Shown piece by piece: positions 1 through 13,461 of a DNA stretch of 64,000 nucleotides. The position numbers were made by a program, and so were the translations under genes. Each line of letters begins with the position of its first letter. Position 1 is the first letter of the stretch. This DNA is from Puccinia triticina. Lineage: Eukaryota. The notes under the pieces were generated by a model, which was not told where the DNA came from, did not search any database, and saw nothing but the letters and a program-made list of their open reading frames with translations. The stretch covers positions 682,001-746,000 of the forward strand of contig CP110440.1 in assembly GCA_026914245.1 (NCBI GenBank), in the 5' to 3' direction.

Positions 1-1250
1 CAAAATCCCAGCGGTAGCGGCTAAATTGATGACATGCGCAATACAACCCAGTAAATCTGTCTGGGGTTTGAATCCATCGAGCTGGAGAGCTAGCTTGTGG
101 GCCATCTTGTTGTTCGTCGAGGCGTTGTCGGCAGTGATTGTATGCAACTTTTCAAGGCAGCTGTAATTGTCAAGAACATCATAAAATATATTGGCAAAGT
201 TTTTGCCCGTATGATTTCCTGGTGAGAGTTTTCAAAACATGGGTTAATTAGGTTGGGAAAGAAGATGTAATGAAAATTTAAGCAAACCACCAACCTTGAA
301 CATGAGGAACAGCAAGTGTGATGTCTTTCATCTCAAATTTTTTGTTAATAAAATGGACTGTTACCGCCATGAACGCAGTAACATTCGGAGCAGTCCAGGC
401 ATCATGAGTGAACGACAGAAAATCCTCTTTGAGGAGTGATTGAATCTTGATGGTCTCTTGGCATTGAATATGTACCCTAGCGAGATGATTTGTGATCGTT
501 TTTTGGCTAATTTGATCCAATAAAGGCATTGCTCCCTCGTTGAGAAGCCGAGCAAAGTCACGGAAAGATTTTCGCTCAACCACGGTGAATGGCAGGTCGC
601 ACTCTGCCAGGAAGTAAACAAGGGCATTCTTGATTGATTCACTATTAAGTTCAACCTGAAAGTGAAAGAATTTTCTTGTTTAATAAATCATAATATGTTG
701 ATACAAAAAATAAAGTGATTATAAAATGACTCACCTTTGCTTCAATCTTTCCTTTTTTTGCCCATTTTTCCATGTCAAATTGATTATTCTTTGTCTTATT
801 CTGGATAGTCGGATCGGCCAATCGATGGGCTGACAAGAGGTGTCCATGCAGATTCTTGGTACTACCGCTTTTGTCCTTTTTCAATCGAGTTCCGCATAAT
901 GCGCCGTTCTTCCGGGCTATCGTGACCTGGCACACTACCTTGTTGGTTTCTTTGGATTCAACAAAGTGGTTCCAAACCCAAGATCTTTTGAGTGATCTGG
1001 GTGGCGATTTTGATGGTGCATCTCCTGCTTCATCATTGGATCCAAGGTCAATGACTGTTTGGTTCGAAGGCGGAGGGGTGCTAGAGCAACTGTTGGATTG
1101 GATTTTTTTGCGCTTCATTTTTTTAGGTTGGCCGTGGGATCCGGATTGTTGTCTGTATATATGGTCCGAGGCTCCAGCGGCAACGACTATATTGCCCTCA
1201 GGGGTTGATTTTTTTTTGGTTCCATCCCCGGGGTTCAGGGCATGCCCCAA
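1..1250 (-). mobile_element. hAT transposase gene with BED zinc finger, spliced, running off the window start
   Basis: ORF 651-1250 has the BED finger RSWVWNHF...C..C...GSTKNLHGHL..H. Downstream exons give SFTHDAWTAPN..FMAVTVHF and TITADNASTN (hAT catalytic Asp motifs). GT-AG introns at about 656-734 and 222-294. Confidence 0.88.
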
Positions 1251-1566
1251 TCAGTCCGGGGTCTGTGCTTCGGGACAAGCCTCATGCCCCGTCCCGAACC
1301 CCGGGTCCCACCCTTACTAAGACCAAAACTACACAGGAAACCATGGAAAACACACCTTACACCCCTCTGGCTCAGCAATTACAACCCCTTCAATACACAT
1401 CATTCAGTTACATACACACAAACACTCTACTTGGTTCATGTAATCTGTTACATGAGCCACACTTACCCAGGACCATGTAATCCATTACATGTACCACTCT
1501 GACAACCTGTGTATTCTTTTACATATACATTACATCATCAGCTGCACTCATTACATCTAATATTTT

Positions 1567-2237
1567 TGTCAGCCATCTGCTAGTCCAGACAGTGCAGAGA
1601 CTGACAACCTGCCAGCCGCTAAAAAGGATAGCGGGCCTTGGGCCGTGTCTACGGCCAAGGCTTCTTCTTCTGTCTGAAAAGGAATCTGCTCTCAAGTGAG
1701 AATATTCCTGAACACTCCCCTGGTTCCCGCTCTTGAGTGAGGGCTTTCATTGTGCATTTTCTACGCAGCTCTCAGGGGATTGTCCCTGAGCCATTGGATG
1801 GTCATCGGACCACAAGTCAGCCCAGCTACAGCTAGAGTATAAGTACAAGGGCCCTTTTCCCCAAGAAAGGGCCCCCCAGATCATTCAACTGCCAAGCTCA
1901 CCTTATTGCTGTATTCCAACATACACTGATTGGGGCTTTTTTGACTGATCCACACTATACATTTTTTCCTTCAACTTCCTCCACCACTGAGCCCGCTCCT
2001 GATTGTAATTTTCTCATCTTCTCCTCCTGTCCTAGATAGGACCATCCCTTTGAGTCCCACGGACTCTGGTTGCATACACTCAACCAGCCCCTCCAGAAGG
2101 AGGTGGGGCTTTCCTCCTTGTGCTGTGGCCAAGTCAAGCCCCAATAAACTGTTGTGACAGCTGAGATCAGCTGTGATCCTTAGGTATAGCTAAGGTTTAT
2201 ATTCAGGGCACAGCCACAATAGAGACCCGCCCTGACA
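1567..2237. mobile_element. Probable solo LTR
   Basis: TGTCAG...CTGACA inverted termini, internal TATA-like and AATAAA motifs. TSD is degenerate (ATTTT/CTTCT). Confidence 0.5.
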
Positions 2238-2866
2238 CTTCTACATATACATTACAACATCAGATGCACTCATCACACTGTGCTATGCACACATCATGCA
2301 GTCTCATGCAGTCTCACACATTCTTATGCAGGTGCATTCAGACTGATATACACCATGGGGCACTCCAAACGGCGGTTCAACGTGGAGACAACACCCGCAA
2401 CCCCACCCTGAAGTTTTGGTATCACCCAGAGCAGGAGTGATTGCGACCCGCGGTGGGTGCAACCTCCCACGTGATTCCCACATGCAAGGCCCGCGGTTGG
2501 AGAAATACTCCTGTTGGCCTGCCATGGGCACCGCTGTGTGGCTTTGGTGAGGATCTTGAGTCCTGGTGGGCAAAAAATATCTGCCAGCCCCAACTTGAAC
2601 CCAGGCCACAGTGATGATGCCAAGGGCTTGAGAGCAGGCCGGAGTACTCAGAACACCATGACACATGTTCATGGTATAACTCCTGATAATGCCGGTTTAG
2701 AACAATAAGTTCATGCTTTCCCCAAATCTTCTCAAAGGGCAACTGGAGTGTTAAGATTTGTTTTTTTTTTTTTAATTAATCACCTATGTATCCTCTTTCT
2801 ATACATGGAAAGAGGCACGGAAAACTCATCTTTTTTGGTTTCATTTCTTGGTTGGCCCAATGTGGG

Positions 2867-3216
2867 CGTAAGACTCCTAAATAGGGGTCTTCACTGATGG
2901 TTCAAAAGGAGGCACAAGGGATAGGCTGAAGAGCCTGGAAGTTATTCTAGTGCCAACATATACTGGATTTTGGGGACTAGCCAGTAGAGAGAAGGGATCC
3001 AAGGTTCTCTCTGTAAGTACAACTAGAGTGATGAGAGAGGAGAAGTAAAAGGCTTACCTAGCCAGTAGAGTCTAGAGAGAAGGGATCCAAGGTTCTCTAC
3101 TGGACTAGGGAAGAGAGGAACTGAGACTAAGTACAATAGGCTTATGTAATCTTGTGAAAGACTATGTGAAAGTCTTGTAAGAGGATCCTGTGAGACCCCC
3201 AAATGTGGGGCTCACA
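2867..3216. mobile_element. Solo LTR, same family as 44425-44774 in opposite orientation
   Basis: 5-bp TSD GTGGG on both sides; termini CGTAAG...CTCACA; aligns by eye to the reverse complement of 44425-44774. Confidence 0.75.
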
Positions 3217-3782
3217 GTGGGCTCAACCGGAGAACAACATTTGGCCGCGGCTCAGGGACAGCCTTGGTCAGCTGGGTTGCACACCCAACAGTTTCTCAAC
3301 CGCGTGGTTCTGTCAACTCCGCCAACGTGGCATATTGAATGGGTTGGCCCGCCCGTGGAGCTGCATGGGTCGGGCCAAAGGGGGCCTGACCAATCATCAA
3401 CACCAATCTACCCCTGCGTTCAAAATTGGGGTGGACAGGTTGGGGCCCACCTGGGCCAACCTGTCTGCAACCACGCTGTTGGTCCCACGTCAACCAATGC
3501 TCAAATTTGAGCAGTGGTGTAATAGGTGCTGCAGTCTGACAGCTGACAGATGACATCATGCAGGAGCATGCAGGTGTCAAGCTAGCAAAAACCACTCATG
3601 CAGCTTGCAGATGAAATCATTTGACAGGCCAGGCCAGCTAAAACCTCTCACCTTCTCTTTCTCACGAGCTAAATTCCCTCATATGACATCAAGAACTCAT
3701 GTGACCTGTCAACAAAACTGAAACCAATACTATACACAGAAAGTATCACAGGGTTTTCTGCCAACTTGCACAGCTAAAAAAC

Positions 3783-6700
3783 GGGGATGTTTATTTTTAC
3801 AAACTCTTTTTTATAATGTAGGTACATTGTAAAGTCAAAGAGTTGTAAAAATACATAATGTGTGTCAAACAAATAATTTTACAATTTCAGGCCGCAAAAT
3901 AGGCACTGTAAAATAAGAACTTGCAAAAGGTACATTGCAAATTTGCACCTGTGAGAGACCCATAAACATAATTGCAACTGAAATCTTACCAACACAACCC
4001 ATTGTAAAAAATTGCACTGTAAAATTCCACAAAAGAAGCAAAAAAAATAATTTTACCAACTCATTCCGCTCACGAAGCGGGCACATTGTAAAAACCAAGT
4101 TGTAAAAATACAATTCAATTCCATCAAGTATACATTTGCGATGCCTTGGAAAAAAAGGCCAGCCTCAAAAAAAACCAACAGAAAGCAAGCACATCATGAG
4201 GAGAAAACAAGCGCGAGAGGAGAACACAGGCAAAAGAGGGAAATACCAGGGAAAAACGTGAAAAGAAGCCAGGCGCAAACAAGACAGAAACGGCCGGAAG
4301 GGGAAACGGACCGGACACAACAAGCGTTGAAAAGAGCAAATCAGAGCTTTCCGGTACGTGAAGATCTTCGCGTACCCACCTTACCCTTGCTAGTGGGACC
4401 TACCTTCTTTGTGTTAGTGGGACCTGGCATTGCGTTTGCAGCCGCGGCGGATTTCCAAGCAGCAAAGGCTCTCCGAGTGGCGGCGGCTTTCTGAGCAGTG
4501 GCAGCCTCCTCAGTGAGGGGGGCTTTCTGAGTCGGGGTGGCGTGATGAGAAGTTGAAGTGGGCGCACTCCCCTTCAAGAGCAATAGGAGCAAATTGTTGG
4601 ATTTACCGTCATGCTACAATTCATACCTGGAATTTTCCGCAAGGCAATGAGACCTCCAGCTGGCAGCCGAGCGGGCGGTAATACGCTCCCATTCCGAGTT
4701 GTTTAAAGGAGCCGGCTGAAAGTTGGGGGGGGGGGCATTTCTTGACTCCTTTCTTGGGCGACCTCGTTTCACCAATGTGATCGTTTGGGTGGGGAGAAGC
4801 GGAGCGGTTGCATCATCGCGCGGGACCTTGATTGGTTCTTCGGGATGACTAAGGCTTGTATTGGCATCTCTGCAGGGACCTTCGAGGAGCGGCCCCGCCG
4901 GGCGGGAAGCATGGCATTGTTATGGAGCTTCTTTGGTGCAGAAGGGTGGGATTTCACTGCTTGACCTGTCGGTAACGGCGGAGATGTCTGAGTCTTCTGA
5001 GTCTTGTTCAGCCAAAGCCGGATTTTGATTGGTCGGCTTGTTGTGTTGCAAGAGTGAGGGGATCAGGAACTGTCGAAAAAGGACGGAGAAGTGTACTTTA
5101 TAGTATGATTTGCTCAGCCCTTGGATCCAGCTCAGCTGGAAAGGTATCCATTGGCCAATGTCGTCACAATACATTGAGGTGGTGAGCAGATACCCCGAGT
5201 TGAAGAATTGGTAGGTAACATCGGAGATTAAACCGCCAGAATACAATGTGTTACCTGCTTCGCCACGATTGAGAAGGCGCTGAGACATCCAGTCGGTCTG
5301 GAACGTAAAGTGCTCGTGAGGCCTCTTGCACAATATTGATATGATCTCGAAGCCATTGCTGTGGACAGAAAGATCAAACATATTGATGTTAGCAAAAGTA
5401 GAACATCAATGATCTGGTCAGTAATGTGCAGCAACTCAACAGTTGCCATTCAAACAAGACATCCATGAACCGGTCGCCTCCATCGCCATCCTTGGATGAT
5501 CCGGGCTCCATCTGCTGAAGTATCTGACGCCAAAGGTGCCGCAGTCAATCCGAGTTAGCTAGAGATTCGTGAATAGTCACTACACTGTTGCTTGGGTGGC
5601 CGGGCCCGGTTGCATTGCCAATCTTATAGGACAATGTGATCATAATGTGTCAGTTTGATCACCTTCCATTCCATAAGCCAAAATAAACGCAAATATAAAG
5701 AAAAAGGGGGACATACCTTCAGCTGGAGTGCACTCGCCTTCGGATTTTTCATGACGGTTTCAGTGAGGTCTTTCTTTGCTAGTGGGTCCGGTTTTTTTGA
5801 TGATGGCCATCAATGTTTGTGAACACCTTGGTGACGGAGGAGACCCCAGCCGGTTTTTTTGTGGTAATCAAATCTGCACTGGGTATCCGAACAACTGTCC
5901 CAGATAACCTTCCCTGGGCAACGGCCTGCGAGCCCTGGGCATTTTGGATTACTAAGGAGGATATTCAGTTGATCAGTTTATTTTTGGAGAAGAAAAGCGG
6001 ACAGAAGGCTTGATGTACTTACTTGGTGAGATGCTCTTCAATTTTTCCCACACCGGTGGGAGGCGGGCCACTGTAGTCACAACCTTCTTGATCACACCGA
6101 AACACACCCAAGCAGTAAATTCAAATGGTCTTCCACTCGTCGGAGTTGGTGCCGTTGCTAGACTTCTTGGAGAACCCAACTGCTCCAAAATTGTGATACT
6201 CGTCGCCAGGGCAGCGGAAAAAAGTCGTGGATCCGTTTGGGTAAAGTGGATACCCTTGGCGGTCCAATACGCAGCCGTGATCGATGTAGGTTGTAAATTC
6301 TTGGTCCATGGCGGCAGGAATCTGCCAGTTTGGCAGGTTGTCAGGCGCCCCGTTTGAGTCTTTGAGATCAGGTCGGCAAGGATGATGGCTATTTTTTGTA
6401 TCTCCAGAGTTGGAATCCGTGGGGGGAGCGCTTACTGTGGCGGGGAGAGGTATACTGAGGGGAGGTGATAGCGTGGGAGGATAGCCGGGAGGGTCCAAAA
6501 GAGGGATGCCGGGTGGCACGCCGGTGGATGCTGTGATTTTCTTTCGGCGGGGCATTAATGTGTGGATATGCGCGTATGGTCTATGTGATAATTAAGCTTA
6601 TTGCTTATCTTGGGTAATAGTAGAACTTTGGACGGCAGGGTATGTAATTAGGAAAGCTGATAAGCTTTCAAGCTTGATGGATGGGTGAAGGTTTGCAAAA

Positions 6701-7124
6701 ATCAATATCCCAGGCGAAAAAAATGAATGGGGAGGTCGTTGGAAACCTATATGTCCGTGGCATGGTGGTTGGGTCAAAACCTAGTTAGGTCTGGGGAGAT
6801 ATAAGCTTCCCAAAGTAAGTTTAACTGGTGACTTGGAGGCATTGTGAGGGAAGGGGATGTAAACTTAATTGTTTGGTAAGTTATGTACATATTTACATGC
6901 ATTGTAACATGCATTGTGACATGGCATACTGTAAAATTACAGGCCACCGCATCCTAGCTGCAAAATTACAAAATTTACATTACAACATGTCACTTTACAA
7001 TGAGTGGTTGGTACGACATAAATTGTAAAACTAATTAAATAAGAGGTTTTGTACATATTTACGATGCCCCCACTTTACAATGGGGGGGCATTGTAAAACA
7101 CAGTTTGTAAAAATAATTTACCCC
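3783..7124 (-). mobile_element. Mutator-like element with decayed GCM-type transposase
   Basis: TIRs GGGGATGTTTATTTTTACAAAC / GTTTGTAAAAATAATTTACCCC; 9-bp TSD CTAAAAAAC (3774-3782, 7125-7133). Minus-strand coding from 6555: YPLYPNG...*IYCLGVFRCDQEGC (GCM-like Zn domain) and GLISDVTYQFF..GYLLTTSMY..WIP (N-terminal part of a DDE core). Internal stop at 6121-6123 and an apparent internal deletion. Confidence 0.85.
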
Positions 7125-7358
7125 CTAAAAAACATTTTTTTGGATTGCATGAGCCCTATATTCAAATAGGTCAGAAAATAATCTTCATTGGGATACAGAT
7201 ACATGCCAATACATTGCAGATACAGTATCTGTTTCAGTGTTGCTGTCAAGCACCAGCTAAAATACCCCATTGCAGCCTTCAGGGCAGCTAAAACACCTCA
7301 TTCTCTTGTTACCCTGGAGCTAAAATGTCTCATCCTTTTCTGTTTAAGGGGGCTCTCC

Positions 7359-7748
7359 TAGGGATGAAACCGGGTCAGGTTCAGGTTGGAAAACAGTGCC
7401 TGAACCCGACCTGGAATTTAGTGCGGGTCGGGTTGGGTTGGGTCAGTTTTGAAAATATGCTGCCCAAACCCGACCCAGCATCTTACTGTTTCTGGTCGGG
7501 TCGGTTTCTGACCCGACAGGTCTTGGGTCAACCCAACCTAGTAGGCGCCAAAAACACCCAAATTTACTGTTGCAGGCATTGTAGTTGGGTCGCAGGCCAA
7601 CCCAATTAGAAAATACGCTGTCCAAACCCGGCCCAAAAATCTAGTGGGTCTGTGGCGGGTTGGGTCAAAAACTAGTTTTTGAGACAAAAGCCAACCCAAA
7701 CCCTGCCCCAGACCCAACACGGGTTGGGTACCCAGCGGGTCAACCCTA
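7359..7748. mobile_element. hAT-type MITE
   Basis: TAGGG...CCCTA termini, perfect 8-bp TSD GGCTCTCC, internal GGGTC/GACCC subterminal repeats. Confidence 0.85.
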
Positions 7749-7762
7749 GGCTCTCCTTCCCC

Positions 7763-8165
7763 CAACAGTGTGTAGTTACTTTACTTTACAATATCTGAGG
7801 GATTTTTGTAAAGTAACTGCCCACTGTTATTGATAGCAGTAAACCGCAAACAGCGGGATCAAGTGTAACATAACAAGCCTCTTTTTTTGAGGCCGTTACA
7901 GGTAAAGTAATGTGTTATACAGCGATTACACATTATTGAGCAATAAAAGGCCAGATTGGCCCTATTTTGGCCTTTTATTGCTTGTTATCTTTCCCACTAT
8001 CTGTTGCTCTGCGCTCAGATGTAGTAACAGTCATTGTAAAAAACAAAACCCTTGGTGTGATATTGATATTGCACTGCCGTTACCACTAACAATAACAATA
8101 ATTGCCAGAAAGCATTACATTATTGTTACGTTAGGTGTTACTGTAGCAATGACTGCCCACTGTTG
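7763..8165. mobile_element. MITE, CAACAGTG family copy 1
   Basis: TIR CAACAGTG(T)GTAGTTAC / ATGACTGCCCACTGTTG; flanking 7-bp duplication CTTCCCC. Confidence 0.8.
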
Positions 8166-8338
8166 CTTCCCCCCATTTGTAATTTCTCTCAGTAAACTAC
8201 TTGCACTCAGCTTACTCCATAAAAGTACAACACTTGCTCACTCTACAATACTAGCCCCCTCTTTATTGTGGTTTTACCCCCTTACATATAAATTACAACC
8301 TCATTACAAACCTTACACATCAGCTACATCACTATAAA

Positions 8339-9582
8339 AAGCAGTGGGTAGTTACTACACTTTACAATATCTGCACAATTTTTTTAAAGTAGCTATCCTG
8401 CTGTTACTTTTCCCACTGTCAGCTCCGGTCTCTTATGTGACGCGGAGTTGATGGGATTTTGGATACGCGCTGTAACGGCTAATGTAGCGGCCAGCGGAAA
8501 AGGGGCCGCACTATAACCTAAAAGGCCAATGGGAATAAACCACACCTCGACGCTGAACAGCGGAGGGGCTAGCACCCTTATGTAATAAGGGGACGCGGCG
8601 AGATTACTCGAGCCTAGCGCCGTGGCTTACACAAGGAATGAGCTTCTTGTCTTCTAGGATACAGGTGTTATAACACCCACCTGTACCTAGGGGAAAATAC
8701 ACGAAGAAGGAAAAAGCTGTAAAGGAAAAAGGTTAGTAGATTATATAAAACCCCACTCACTTTTATGGTTTAAAGTAAGGTTAGCAGGTTTGTATGTGTA
8801 ATAATCTTGGGGGGAAAGATCCCCCCCTTTTATATTACAGGATCAGCTCCCTCCTTCGAGTCAAGGTCCTGAGGGATCCTTAACTCCAAGGAGGTGTGAA
8901 CACGGAATTCAGAAGGGGATTTACATAAATATGTATGTAATCACCCTATTTGTACATATATTAAGCTTAATCAGGATAAATACACAGAGAGATAAGATTA
9001 TCTCTCTCTGTATAAACAGATATGTAATCAATGTGAAATAAGGTTAATTACATACTCAAAAGAGTGTGAAATATGTACTAAACACATAATAATAGCACAT
9101 TGAAATAAAAGGTACACAATTAATGTAATGACAGGGAATTGAACTCTTGACTGTATGTACATGAGTCAATCATTGAAGAAGTCTTTTAACCATTAGGCTA
9201 TAAGACATGTACTCTGCATTGTAGACACATGGACTTAGTGTCTCAGTGTCTGACACCCACCGTTATCATTAGCAGTAACGCGCATAAAGCGACATGACAG
9301 GTAAAGTAAAAAGCATTTTTTTTGAGGCCATTACTAGTAAAGCAACGCGTTATCAAGCAATAAAAGGCCAGATTAACCCTTTTTTTGCCTTTTATTGCTT
9401 TTTATCTCGCCTGAGGTCTTTTGCTCTTTGCTAAGATATTGCAACAGCCGCCCAAAAAAATTATCCCCTTGCTGTGATATAGTTATTGCACAGCTGTTAC
9501 CAGTAACAAAAACAATAAAGGCAAGAAATTGTTACATTATTTTTATGTTACGTGTTACCATAGCAATAACTACCCACTGTTG
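8339..9582. mobile_element. MITE, CAACAGTG family copy 2, interrupted by a solo LTR
   Basis: Colinear with 7763-8165 once 8417-9260 is removed. TIR CAGTGGGTAGTTA / TAACTACCCACTGTTG; 7-bp duplication CTATAAA. Confidence 0.8.
8417..9255. mobile_element. Solo LTR (839 bp)
   Basis: TGTCAG...CTGACA termini; perfect 5-bp TSD CCCAC. Confidence 0.88.
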
Positions 9583-10252
9583 CTATAAATCTTAAGCCAC
9601 CTGCTCAAAGTAGGCTATCTTTTGATACACCTCCCCTATCACTACATTAAACCTTCCAACCTGAGATCGGGGGGCTTGTTTTAGTTTCTAGTGACCCAGG
9701 AAAGGCAGATGTTCCCTCATACATCCCTTTCCGCACTCAGCACAAGGCTCTCAGGAACACTTTTGAGCTTTAAACTGGCTCCATAATGCTCCGCTCCAAC
9801 ATTGTTTTTCATTTCTCACAGTTTTTTCCTTTCTTTTCTTTTGTGTTGTTGTGCGTGGGATTTGTTGTGAGGTCTGTGCGTTTGTCACACGTGAGGATAG
9901 GATGAAACCTTCCATGAAATGCTCCGCCCGGAGAACAAGTGTGATTCCACACTTGGAGCATGGGTTGGCATGGGAATTTTCTTATCCAAGGGATAACCAT
10001 CAAAGTTTCTTGATCAATCTTCATTGTTTAATTCTTGTGGAGTCTTCTCTGCCCTTGTCTTCTTGCTTTCTGGACCTCAATAAGCCAACAAAGCCTCTGC
10101 CAGGCTTCCAACCTCTGCATATAATTTGAAATCCAACCCAACCAAACCACCTATCAATTTTGATTTCCCTTTTTTCTCATAATCTGGACCAACATAGAGG
10201 GCAGCCTAAACAGCAACTTTCTTCCCCTCTCCCTACTGCCTCCGCCTAGGAT

Positions 10253-10546
10253 CAACACTGGGAAGTTACACTATCCAGGTTGCTTGGATGTCATTTAGTT
10301 ATCCAGTCCTGCGTAATGTGAAAAACAACATAAATAGAATCTGTGGGTGTCACAAGAAAGCTTGAATGTTTCTCAACATGATGGGACCTAATTTCTTCAA
10401 AGAAATTCATGTTTTTGTTTTTGAAATATCACTTTTGTCATCAAAAATTAGTTATCTAGCCTAAGTTACCCAGATAACTAATTTTTGTTCACAAAAATGA
10501 TATTTCAACATGAAAAATAGGAGTTTCTCGTAACTTCCCAGTGTTG
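10253..10546. mobile_element. MITE with 17-bp TIR
   Basis: CAACACTGGGAAGTTAC / GTAACTTCCCAGTGTTG; 5-bp duplication AGGAT. Confidence 0.8.
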
Positions 10547-10564
10547 AGGATGCACGTAGTCCCA

Positions 10565-11711
10565 TAGCGTCTGTATCCTAGTTGCTAAAGGCAGGACTCT
10601 AGTACACTGCAAGAAAAACTCTAGAAACTGCTTGCAGTTGAGATGCAAGAGCTCAAGGCAAGCTGTGCCTCATGCAAGAATCAAGCACTGGTTGATTCCA
10701 TGCACATTGCATAATCTATGCAAGAGTGAGTCTAAGGTACAAAAAACTGAGTACAGGCTCCAAAATACTGAGTTGATACCTGTGTGAATTCCTCTTTCAT
10801 GTCAAAATTTCCCTTTCATGTGAAAATTCCCCTTTCATGTGCACATACCCCTTTCATGTACACATACCCCTTTCATGTGCACATACCCCTTTCATGTGCA
10901 CATATCCCTTTTTTATGCATTCACCCCTTTCATAATGTGTACATACCCCCTTATGTGCACATACCCTTTTCACATGCGTGTATCCCTTTCATGTGCATGT
11001 ATCCCTTTCACAATGTGTAAATACTCCTTTCATCATGCATTCATGACCCGATTTCCCCTTTGAGTTTTTTACATCCCTTACAATACCCCTTTCATCATTC
11101 ATTTTTACATACCCCTTTGATTTTTACATATCCCTTTCATGTGCAAATACCTCTTACTGAACATACCCCTTTCATGCATACATACCCCTTTCATGTATAC
11201 ATAGACCTTTCATGCATACATACCCCTTTCATACATGCATACCCCTTTCATGCATACATACCCCTTTCATCATGTGTACATATCCCTTTTATGTGTTAAT
11301 ACATCTTCTCACATTCCCCTTTGATGCATACATATTTCTTTCATATGTACAAATCCCTTTCATGTGTACATACCTTTTTTATATTATTCTGGCTGGATTC
11401 AATGGCTCAGTGAGTGTTTACTAATGAAAGCAAATAAAAGGGTGCTCGGGGGGATGCTCATTTGCCTCAGTCTACTGCATGAGCACTACAGCATGTTCAG
11501 CATTGAGATGCTGAACAAGGTACACACTCAAGGTGCACCAGCAGGGAATTTGGGTGCTTGACTCCAGCTTGAGCTGAGGCTTGATTCAAGCTTGCTGCAT
11601 CTCAACTGCAAGCAGTTTCTAGAGTTTTTCTTGCAGTGGTATGTGTTTCAGCATAGCTGAGGTTGTGAGTTCAACTCTCACCAGACACATCTTCATTTTA
11701 CAGTCTCTACA
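10565..11711 (+). repeat. tRNA-like repeat (second copy of the 57266-57480 family) split by a CACTA MITE
   Basis: GCGTCTGTATCCTAGTTGCTAAAGGCAGGACTCTAGTA [insert] TGTGTTTCAGCATAGCTGAGGTTGTGAGTTCAACTCTCACCAGACACATCTTCATTTTACAGTCTCTACA matches about 57373-57480. Confidence 0.8.
10605..11638. mobile_element. Non-autonomous CACTA (CACTG) element with internal ~21-bp minisatellite
   Basis: ~43-bp TIR CACTGCAAGAAAAACTCTAGAAACTGCTTGCAGTTGAGATGCA; 3-bp TSD GTA; internal CCCTTTCATGTGCACATAC repeats. Confidence 0.9.
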
Positions 11712-11931
11712 AACCCCAGCAGCAAAATGTGCATGAAAAAAAGGTTGAGATTTTCTTGAAAGCAGGCCTTTCCTTTGAAGATGGGGCCATTTATCACCAT
11801 CCAGCCCCCTTAGAGTGGTGTAAAAAACAACTCAAAAACCAATCTGATCCTTTCTGCAATGGCTTGTGCCTACCTTGGATGTTCAGGAAGCTCTTGTGCA
11901 GCAGAAATATTATTCTCCACTGACCCAAATG

Positions 11932-12648
11932 TAGGGATGTAAACTGCTTGGGTTTGGTTCAAAAAATTGTCCCCAAATCTGACCCAATGTGAACACTGGG
12001 TTGGGTTGGGTTTGGACAAAAATTCAAATCTACTCCCCAAACCCAAATACATTGATGAGCAGTTGGGTCCAGGTTGGTTTGGTGTTGGGTCTTGGGCCAA
12101 CCCAAGCTTTTTTGCCAAGGCAAACTCAGAAATGACTGTGGATTTCAACAGTGAAAGTTGGGTTGCTTTAGGATGCTCCTGGAGTAGCTACCTCTTTCTG
12201 AGTGTTGGGGGCAGATTCATTCACCTTGATTTCAGCAGACTCCAAGGTTGACAATGATGTAATAATACTGGGTGCTTTTTTGATTGTGTAATTTGTGATT
12301 GAGTCTGTATGTGGTAGTGGGAGTGGACTTAAGCCTGGATGGCAGAATATCTCATTAACATATTGCAGCCCCTGAAGGTGTCCTAGGGGCTCCAGTCAGC
12401 AATACATGTCATAAATACATGCATTATTATGTGTACATCTAGAAATTAAGCCACCATGAACTTTCCCAATCCGGTCTCAATTTGGTTCATGGGTCAACCC
12501 AAATGGAAAAAACCTTGCCCAAACCCAATCCAATTATCTAATTGGGTCTCAATGGGTTGGGTTGGGCTGTATTTTCAAAGAGAGTCCTGAAGGCTGCCTG
12601 AACCCAACTCAGAACCCATTGGGTTGACTAAACCCATTTACATCTCTA
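11932..12648. mobile_element. Degenerate hAT-type MITE related to 7359-7748
   Basis: TAGGGATGTAAA / TTTACATCTCTA termini and GGGTT/AACCC repeats; no clear TSD. Confidence 0.6.
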
Positions 12649-13461
12649 GCTTCCAATGTATGTAGCAGTATTAGTAACCCAGGTAGATTGCTCCCTTCAA
12701 CCATGTCATGCTGTGTCAGCAGCCTCATGTATTTATGTGAAAGGGTGCCTCTTACAGGTGAATTTGGGGTGACTATAAAAGCTTTGGCAGCTGTGGTACC
12801 CACAGAACCAAAAAGAGATAGTATTTTCTTTCTGCAGTTTTCTTGTTAGAAGTAACCAGTAAAAACTTTCACCCTTGCTAACATAATTGAAATTAGCTAC
12901 TTTTCTTGCTTCAATAATGTAACAAGCCTTTTTTTCTCTTGAAAAAAAAACCAACAGTACCATACCAAGCTACTGTTACTGGTAATGTTACCAATAACAA
13001 TGAAAAAAATACATTTCTGTTTTGGTAGCCTTTACCAGTACCATAACCAATCATTGTTGCCAGGAAAAAGTTGTGTTTTTTTGTTATTTTTTGTAAAATT
13101 GGGGTTCCAACTTCTTTTTCAGGATTTGACTTCCAACTCCCAAAAAGTCCCTATGCCAATTGTTGGTCTGGGGACCAGATCAGGATGTCAAAATCTTGCA
13201 CTCTCAACATCCACTACTTGAGTTGTAATTTTAATTTTTGGGAGTCAATCAATCAAGCCCCTATTTTTTTCTATTTTGATGATTCAGCAATTGTAAACAA
13301 GCAGGACAGAAAGCAGTGGGGGGACGGGCAAAGTGGTTCCTTCTGTTTCTTCTTTTTTAGAAGAGGCAAGTAGCACTGCGGGGTGGGCCTTGTAATTAGA
13401 TGGCTTGGAATTGGAAGCTGGGTAAGATAGATGTGGATTAAAGTTGAGTCTGAGTGTGAAA

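Noticed and set aside
10784..11424. His/Cys/Pro-rich ORFs (also 30580-31169 and 60443-60863)
   Set aside because: Translations of minisatellites inside TEs.
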